Assembly: GCA_022711395.1 (NCBI GenBank)
Contig: JAKLFA010000001.1
Span: forward strand, 131,277-195,276
DNA: 64,000 bases
DNA from: Candidatus Omnitrophota bacterium
GTDB taxonomy: Bacteria; Omnitrophota; Gorgyraeia; Zapsychrales; JANLHA01
Reading direction: 5' to 3'
Shown here: positions 57,813 through 64,000 of the stretch, one piece after another
How positions within the stretch are numbered: the first letter of the stretch is position 1
How the letters are laid out: every line of letters starts with the position of its first letter
Position numbers and translations under genes: made by a program
The notes under the pieces: generated by a model
Seen by the model: only the letters and a program-made list of their open reading frames with translations
The model's database searches: none
Told to the model about the DNA's origin: nothing

Positions 57813-58901
57813 ATGTCACAGAGGTTTCCAAGGCAGATCAAGCGGGTTGTCGTGAAAGTCGGCTCCGGGATCATTGCTAATTACCGGCTCAAGCCCCGGA
57901 CGGCTAAACTGCAATCTTTGGTCCAGCAGATGGCGCTTGCCCGTCAGAAGGGCATTGAGGTCGTTTTTGTCAGTTCAGGAGCGATCGTCCTGGGGATGGG
58001 AGAAATGGGCCTTAAAGTCCGTCCGACGGAACTGTCGGACCTTCAAGCCCTGGCAGCGATCGGGCAGGCGGTCTTGATGGATACTTACAGCGAACTGTTC
58101 CGTAAAGCGAAATCCAAATGCGCGCAGGTCCTTCTGACCTGGGATGATTTTGACGAAAGAAAGCGTTATAATAATGCCCGCAAGACGTTGCGGTCGCTTT
58201 TGGATATGGGGGTCGTTCCGGTCATCAATGAGAACGATACCATCTCAACGGAAGAGATCAAGTTCGGCGACAATGATAAGCTTTCAGCCCTTGTGGCAAG
58301 CCTGATCGGGGCGGATTTGCTTTTGATCCTTTCGGATGTGGAAGGGCTGTACCGATTTGAGAACGGGAAAAAAGTGGTATTCAAGGAAGTCCAGGAGATC
58401 ACCGAGGAGATCGAGGCGCTGGCCTTTGGAACGCAGAAAAAACAGATCTCCAAAGGGGGCATGTCGGCTAAGCTCAGGGCGGTCAAGATCGCTTTGCAGT
58501 CCAAGGTGCCCTGCGTTATCGCGCATGGAGAGACCAAAGATGTTTTAACGAGGGTATTGAGCGGAGAACCGATCGGCACGTTCTTCCTGGAAAAGGAAGA
58601 GAAGATGATGTCCAAAAAGCATTGGATCTCTTTCAGCGCCCGTCCGAAGGGTGTTCTTGTCGTGGATGAAGGCGCGGAGCGGGCGCTTTTGGAAGGTGGC
58701 AAAAGCCTTCTTTTACCGGGGATCGTTTCCTGGGAAGGGCATTTTAAAGCGGAAGATGTGGTGGTCATCTGTAACCGCCAGCGGCAGGAGATCGCCAGAG
58801 GGATCGTTGGGTATTCAGTCGATGAGCTTCATAAAACAGTTGATAGAAAAGGCAAACGGGAGGTCGTTCATCGGGATGACCTCGTCCTTTGCAAGCGTTA
58901 A
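57813..58901 (+). CDS. proB: glutamate 5-kinase (with PUA domain)
   Basis: IKRVVVKVGSGII, amino-acid kinase fold, C-terminal PUA. Confidence 0.9.
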   Translation: MSQRFPRQIKRVVVKVGSGIIANYRLKPRTAKLQSLVQQMALARQKGIEVVFVSSGAIVLGMGEMGLKVRPTELSDLQALAAIGQAVLMDTYSELFRKAKSKCAQVLLTWDDFDERKRYNNARKTLRSLLDMGVVPVINENDTISTEEIKFGDNDKLSALVASLIGADLLLILSDVEGLYRFENGKKVVFKEVQEITEEIEALAFGTQKKQISKGGMSAKLRAVKIALQSKVPCVIAHGETKDVLTRVLSGEPIGTFFLEKEEKMMSKKHWISFSARPKGVLVVDEGAERALLEGGKSLLLPGIVSWEGHFKAEDVVVICNRQRQEIARGIVGYSVDELHKTVDRKGKREVVHRDDLVLCKR

Positions 58902-58936
58902 ACGGATCGAGCGGTTCTAGTCCTCGGGAGTTGAAC

Positions 58937-60196
58937 ATGAACAAGAACACTTCAGTGACAAAAATGGCCCAGGCCGCGAAATTTGCGTCCAGGCAGCTGG
59001 CCATGGTGGCGACAGCTGAAAAAAACCGCGCCTTGCGCCTGATGGCTAAGATGCTCCTGGCGGAAAAGGATTTTTTGGTCCGGGAAAACCAAAAGGACAT
59101 CCAGGCCGGCGAGAAGGCCGGTCTTTCCAGAGCGATGATCGATCGGCTTTTGCTCAACGATAAGCGCATCCAGTCGATGGCGGATTGCCTTTTGGATACT
59201 GCCGGGCTTGCGGATCCGGTGGATGAAGTGATCGAGAAATTCACCCGTCCTAACGGCCTGGTGATCAGCAAAGTCCGCACGCCGATCGGAGTGATCGGGA
59301 TCATCTTTGAGTCCCGTCCGAACGTTACCAGCGATTGCGTCGGGCTGTGTTTGAAATCAGGCAATGCCTGCATTTTAAAGGGAGGCAAGGAAGCGGCTTA
59401 TTCCAATAAAGCGATCTTTTCATTGTTGCGCAAGGCGCTTGCGGAAACAAGAATTTCGGAAGACTCGATCCAGCTGATCGAGTCCGCGGACCGCGCTTCG
59501 GTAGAGGAACTTTTAAAATTGAACGCTTATGTGGACCTGATCGTTCCCCGGGGAGGAGAAGGCCTGATCCGTTTTGTGGCGGAGCATTCCACGATCCCTG
59601 TTGTCAAACATTACAAGGGCGTTTGCCACACCTATGTGAGCGAATACGCCGATCTTAATAAGGCGCACAAGATCTGTTTTAACGCGAAAGTCCAGCGTCC
59701 GGGTGTTTGCAACGCCATGGAAACGATGCTTGTCCACCGTGATGTGGCCGTGCGTTTTCTGCCGGGGATGATCCGTGACCTTAAGGAAGCCGGCGTTGAG
59801 ATCCGGGGATGCCCGCTTACCCGTAAGATCGTTAAGGCAGGCGTGAAAGCGGCCAAAGAAAGCGATTGGCCCGAGGAATATCTGGACCTGATCCTGGCGG
59901 TGAAGGTCGTGGATTCACTTCAGGACGCCATTGATCACATTAATAAGTATGGCTCCGGGCATTCGGACGCGATCGTGACCGACAGCCGGAAAGAAGCGGC
60001 GCAGTTCTTTAAAGCGGTCGACTCCGCCTGTGTTTACGCCAACGCGTCCACGAGGTTCACGGATGGTTATGAATTCGGTTTCGGCGCGGAGATCGGGATA
60101 AGCACGGATAAACTCCACGCGCGCGGACCCATGGGCTTGCGGGAACTGACCACATACAAATTCGTCATTCAGGGAAAAGGACAGGTTCGACAGTAA
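58937..60196 (+). CDS. proA: glutamate-5-semialdehyde dehydrogenase
   Basis: GVCNAMETMLVH catalytic Cys region. ATG 58937 after GGAG. Confidence 0.9.
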   Translation: MNKNTSVTKMAQAAKFASRQLAMVATAEKNRALRLMAKMLLAEKDFLVRENQKDIQAGEKAGLSRAMIDRLLLNDKRIQSMADCLLDTAGLADPVDEVIEKFTRPNGLVISKVRTPIGVIGIIFESRPNVTSDCVGLCLKSGNACILKGGKEAAYSNKAIFSLLRKALAETRISEDSIQLIESADRASVEELLKLNAYVDLIVPRGGEGLIRFVAEHSTIPVVKHYKGVCHTYVSEYADLNKAHKICFNAKVQRPGVCNAMETMLVHRDVAVRFLPGMIRDLKEAGVEIRGCPLTRKIVKAGVKAAKESDWPEEYLDLILAVKVVDSLQDAIDHINKYGSGHSDAIVTDSRKEAAQFFKAVDSACVYANASTRFTDGYEFGFGAEIGISTDKLHARGPMGLRELTTYKFVIQGKGQVRQ

Positions 60197-60205
60197 GGAT
60201 TTCGC

Positions 60206-60781
60206 ATGAAGCGCATCGGGATCTTGGGGGGCACATTTAATCCGCTGCATATCGGGCACCTGGCGATCGCCGAGGTGGCTCAGGAACAGATGGGTTTGGA
60301 CAAAGTTATTTTTGTGCCGTCCTATCTGCCTCCGCATAAACGGATCGCGAATCTCGCTCCCGCCGATGACAGGCTGGAGATGATCCGCATCAGCATCCGC
60401 AAGAACCCGAAATTCGATGTTTCCGACTTTGAAGTTCAAAGGGGCGGAAAATCGTACAGCATTGAGACGGTGCGCTATTTTCAGAAGGAATTTCCGGAGG
60501 CGAGGCTTTTTTTTATCGTGGGCGGCGACAGCGCGGCTTTTTTGCACACATGGAAAAACGTGGACGAGATCCTCAAGATCGTTTCGTTCGTCGTTGTTAA
60601 CCGCCCCGGCCACGATGAGTGTGAGGCAAGCATTCCGCATCACTCGGTCATTTTGCCCGGGATTGATATTTCATCGTCCTATGTCCGGCGACGCCTTACG
60701 CAGGGGAAATCCATAAAATATCTTGTTCCGGATGAAGTCCTTCGATATATTGAACAGCATAAGTTGTACCTTAAAGAATAA
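60206..60781 (+). CDS. nadD: nicotinate-nucleotide adenylyltransferase
   Basis: IGILGGTFNPLHIGHL (HxGH). Confidence 0.9.
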   Translation: MKRIGILGGTFNPLHIGHLAIAEVAQEQMGLDKVIFVPSYLPPHKRIANLAPADDRLEMIRISIRKNPKFDVSDFEVQRGGKSYSIETVRYFQKEFPEARLFFIVGGDSAAFLHTWKNVDEILKIVSFVVVNRPGHDECEASIPHHSVILPGIDISSSYVRRRLTQGKSIKYLVPDEVLRYIEQHKLYLKE

Positions 60782-60803
60782 CCAATTTTAGAAGGGATGA
60801 CAT

Positions 60804-62222
60804 ATGAGCAAGCAGGTGATCAAATTTGGAACGGATGGTTGGAGGGCCGTGATCGCGGACACCTTCACCTTTGAGAATCTGCGGATCCTGGCGCAAGCCA
60901 CCGCTGATTGGATCAACAAGGACCTTCAGCCTTTGGACGGCTGCAAACGCGTGGCCTTGGGGTTTGATGCGAGGTTCATGTCCAAGGAATTCGCTGATCT
61001 TGTGGCGGAAGTCCTTGCGGCAAACGGTATTGCCGTGCTGCTTTCAGATGATTTGATCCCCACGCCGGCTCTGTCGTTCGGGGTCCCGCGCAACAAATGT
61101 GTCTGCGGGCTTATGATCACGGCGAGCCATAATCCGTATCAGTTTAACGGATACAAGATCAAGACCGCTGAAGGAGGCGGCGCGGGCCGTGATATTACCG
61201 ACAAGGTCGAGAGCTATTTGAATCAGTCAGAAGTCAAGAGTATGGCGTTGAAAGAGGCGATCGCCAAGGGGCTGGTCGTGATGCATAATTATAAACCGGC
61301 CTATATCAAGTTCATGCGCAGCTACATCGATCTTAAGAAGATCAAAACGTCGCGCTTCAAGGTCTTGATGGACGCCATGCATGGCAGCGGCAACAGCCTG
61401 ATCAAGCAAGTCTTGAAAGGGACGGACATCCGTTTATCTTTGATGAGGGAGGATATTAATCCGTATTTTGACGGAAAAAAACCGGAACCGGTCATTCAAT
61501 ACCTGAGCGGAATCATTGAGCGGGTGAAGGAAGAAAAATTCGACCTCGGCCTTGTTCTGGATGGCGATGCGGACCGGATCGCGGCGGTTGCCAAGGGAGG
61601 CGACTTCATCCATCCGCAAAAGATCCTGGGGCTTCTCATCCTTCATTTGGCACGCAACCGCGGCCGCAAAGGCGGGGTGGTCAAGACCATCTGTGGGACC
61701 ACGATGATCGATAATATCGCCAAAAAGCTGGGGCTGAAATTATACGAGACCCCGGTCGGGTTTAAATATATTTCTGACCTGATGGTCAAAGAGCGGATCA
61801 TTGCCGGCGGGGAAGAGGCCGGAGGGATGGGCCTGCAGGATTATATCCCGGAACGTGACGGCACGCTGGCAGGTCTTCTTCTTCTGGAAATGATGGTCTA
61901 TCAAAAAAAAGACATGAAGCGCATTGTCGAGGAGATGGAGAAAGAGTTCGGCAAATTTTATTATAAGGTCCACAATGTGACCCTTTCCAAGGGACAAAGC
62001 AAACCGGATTTGGCGGAATTTTCCAAGATCGACAATGTATTAGGGAAGAAGGTCGTTTCGGTCAAGGATTTTGACGGTGTGAAACTGACCTGTGAAGACG
62101 GCAGCTGGGTGATGCTTCGTCCTTCGGGGACTGAGCCGCTGGTTCGCATTTACGGGGAAGCGACCTCCAAGGCCCGTCTTGAAAAACTGATCCAATTCGG
62201 GGAAAGTTATCTCAATAAATAA
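60804..62222 (+). CDS. alpha-D-phosphohexomutase (phosphomannomutase/phosphoglucomutase family)
   Basis: MITASHNPYQFNGYK active-site Ser loop. LVLDGDADRI metal-binding loop. Confidence 0.8.
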   Translation: MSKQVIKFGTDGWRAVIADTFTFENLRILAQATADWINKDLQPLDGCKRVALGFDARFMSKEFADLVAEVLAANGIAVLLSDDLIPTPALSFGVPRNKCVCGLMITASHNPYQFNGYKIKTAEGGGAGRDITDKVESYLNQSEVKSMALKEAIAKGLVVMHNYKPAYIKFMRSYIDLKKIKTSRFKVLMDAMHGSGNSLIKQVLKGTDIRLSLMREDINPYFDGKKPEPVIQYLSGIIERVKEEKFDLGLVLDGDADRIAAVAKGGDFIHPQKILGLLILHLARNRGRKGGVVKTICGTTMIDNIAKKLGLKLYETPVGFKYISDLMVKERIIAGGEEAGGMGLQDYIPERDGTLAGLLLLEMMVYQKKDMKRIVEEMEKEFGKFYYKVHNVTLSKGQSKPDLAEFSKIDNVLGKKVVSVKDFDGVKLTCEDGSWVMLRPSGTEPLVRIYGEATSKARLEKLIQFGESYLNK

Positions 62223-62266
62223 TCGTATTATGGGCGGGCCCGTTTTCAGGACCCGCCTTTTCATTT

Positions 62267-62854
62267 ATGATCTATTTCATCACTTATTGGACTGCCAATC
62301 TTTTTTTGCGCATGGCTTTGAAATTCAAGGTCTTCGGCCAGAGGAATATCCCAAAGCAGGGGGCATTCCTTTTTGCCAGCAATCACGTCAGCAATCTGGA
62401 TCCTGTGATCATGGGTTCGGTCTGCACGCGCAAGACCGCGTTTTTTGCCAAAGAAGAACTCTTTCAAAAAAAATTTTTGGGTTGGTGGCTGAAGGGCTGT
62501 TGGGCTTTTCCAGTCCGCCGCGGCAGAGGTGACCGGGCCGCTTTAAAACAGGCGATCGATCTTTTGAGAAACGGCCGGCCGCTTGTGTTTTTTCCGCAGG
62601 GGACACGGGTCCGGACCGGAGAAGAGGAAAATGTGTTTCCGGGAGCGGGTTTTTTAGTGGCAAAAACAGGAGTTCCGGTAGTCCCAGTTTATATTTCCGG
62701 GAGCGACAAAGCGATGGCCCCCGGCACGAAAAAGATCAAGCGCGCAGAGGTGAATGTCTATATAGGAGAGCCGGTTTCATTTCCAGAGGGCCGTTCTTAC
62801 GAAGAGATCTCCCAGGGCATCATGGATGCTATTTATAAGCTTTCCCCCCAATAA
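62267..62854 (+). CDS. plsC: 1-acyl-sn-glycerol-3-phosphate acyltransferase
   Basis: FASNHVSNLDP (HX4D), FFPQGTR. Confidence 0.85.
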   Translation: MIYFITYWTANLFLRMALKFKVFGQRNIPKQGAFLFASNHVSNLDPVIMGSVCTRKTAFFAKEELFQKKFLGWWLKGCWAFPVRRGRGDRAALKQAIDLLRNGRPLVFFPQGTRVRTGEEENVFPGAGFLVAKTGVPVVPVYISGSDKAMAPGTKKIKRAEVNVYIGEPVSFPEGRSYEEISQGIMDAIYKLSPQ

Positions 62855-62954
62855 TTTTATTTGACAAATTTTTGAAATTTGCGATAATAGCTGCACTTTG
62901 CGTAAAATTTTATTTTTATGCAAAGAATTTCTAAAAAGAGAGAGGTTTTTTAAC

Positions 62955-64000
62955 ATGAGTGAAGTTCAATCACAGATGGAAGAGTTGTATGCCGGCACCC
63001 TGAAAGATATCAGGGAGGGCGAAATTGTTAAGGGAAAAGTGGTCGCCTTAACAAAAAAAGAAGCAGTTGTTGATATCGGTTTTAAATCCGAGGGTTTTGT
63101 GCCAGTTGAAGAATTCAGGACCCCGGAAGAGCTGCAGCTGGGTACAGAAATCGAAGTTTTGATCGAATCTGTTGAAGATGAGGATGGGCGGCTGATCCTC
63201 TCCAAGGCCAAGGCCGAAAAGGTCCAGGGCTGGCAGAGGGTGATGACGGATGTTGAAGAAAACGATGTCGTCGATGGCCGAGTGGTCAAGGTTGTAAAAG
63301 GCGGTTACATGGTCGATGTGGACGGCGTGGAAGGGTTCCTCCCGATGTCGTTGTCGGCCTTCAAGGGTTTTGTTCCTGAACAGATCATGACAACCCGTTA
63401 TCAGTTCCAGGTCGCGAAGATCAATAAACAGCGCCGGAATCTTATCTTAAGCCGACGGGATCTTTATCAAAAAGAGCGCGAAGTTGTCCGCGAAAAACTT
63501 TGGTCCCAGCTCGAAAAAGGCCAGGTCCGCGAGGGCACGGTCAAGGGGATCACGGATTTCGGGGCGTTTATCGATCTGGGCGGAGTGGACGGCCTGCTTC
63601 ATATCACGGATATGAGCTGGTCACGCATCAATCATCCTTCCGAAATGGTTTCCATTGGCGATAAGATCAAGGTCCAGATCCTTTCCTTTGATAAGGACGG
63701 TTCCAAAGTTTCTTTGGGATTGAAGCAGATCTCTTCCAATCCGTGGGATGATATTTATGAAAAATATCCGGCCGGAGCTCAGGTCAAGGGTAAGATCGTC
63801 AATATCATGCCTTATGGCGTCTTCATTGAGATCGAAAAAGGGATCGAAGGGCTGCTCCATTCTTCAGAGATTTCCTGGCAGAAAAAGATGGTCAATCCTC
63901 AGGAAATGTTCAATCTGGGCGATGAGGTCGAGGTCCAGATCATCAATGTCGATAAGGATCAGAAGCGCATTTCTCTGAGCATGAAACAGTTAGAGAGAAA
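62955..64000 (+). CDS. rpsA: 30S ribosomal protein S1, N-terminal part (runs off window end)
   Basis: Own translation from ATG 62955: MSEVQSQMEELYAGTLKDIREGEIVKGKVVAL..., successive S1 domains. No stop before 64000. Confidence 0.85.
   Translation, partial: MSEVQSQMEELYAGTLKDIREGEIVKGKVVALTKKEAVVDIGFKSEGFVPVEEFRTPEELQLGTEIEVLIESVEDEDGRLILSKAKAEKVQGWQRVMTDVEENDVVDGRVVKVVKGGYMVDVDGVEGFLPMSLSAFKGFVPEQIMTTRYQFQVAKINKQRRNLILSRRDLYQKEREVVREKLWSQLEKGQVREGTVKGITDFGAFIDLGGVDGLLHITDMSWSRINHPSEMVSIGDKIKVQILSFDKDGSKVSLGLKQISSNPWDDIYEKYPAGAQVKGKIVNIMPYGVFIEIEKGIEGLLHSSEISWQKKMVNPQEMFNLGDEVEVQIINVDKDQKRISLSMKQLER

Noticed and set aside
59915-60643. 242-aa minus-strand ORF spanning proA/nadD
   Set aside because: Antisense to two well-supported genes. 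No start context.

Overview
64 kb chromosomal segment of a diderm (Gram-negative-type) bacterium, probably an uncultivated lineage. GC is about 55% and coding density is about 90%. From 10.4 kb onward nearly every gene is on the + strand. Evidence for an outer membrane: TpsB-type beta-barrel, PilQ secretin, lgt-lspA lipoprotein maturation genes and many lipoproteins. Housekeeping blocks: proC, mtnP, ileS, dksA-like, lspA-lgt, rluD-like, aroA, mreBCD-mrdA-rodA, rng, rplU-obg-proBA, nadD, a phosphohexomutase, plsC and the start of rpsA. A complete type IV pilus locus: MshEN-domain protein, two tandem PilB-type ATPases, pilC, a secreted coiled-coil protein, pilA, pilMNOPQ. An AddAB-like helicase-nuclease pair. 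GH57 glycosidase and a NUDIX hydrolase. An envelope/signalling block at 1.8-8.4 kb: two paralogous stand-alone receiver domains, a TPR membrane protein, an orphan TpsB transporter, lipoproteins, a HAMP protein and a CpxP-like protein. Items worth a second look: (1) a SET-domain/SpoU (SPOUT) methyltransferase fusion; (2) an unusually long (~800 bp) non-coding island at 26.5-27.3 kb with a consensus sigma70 promoter, a strong terminator bounding a ~155 nt candidate sRNA, and degenerate type I-C-like CRISPR repeat remnants with no cas genes; (3) a stand-alone MshEN-like (putative c-di-GMP-binding) domain protein in front of two tandem PilB paralogues; (4) a promoter/terminator-bounded leader upstream of pilA; (5) GH57 whose conserved N-terminus precedes any ATG/GTG/TTG start; (6) rplU directly followed by obg with rpmA absent. 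No rRNA, tRNA or mobile elements detected by eye.
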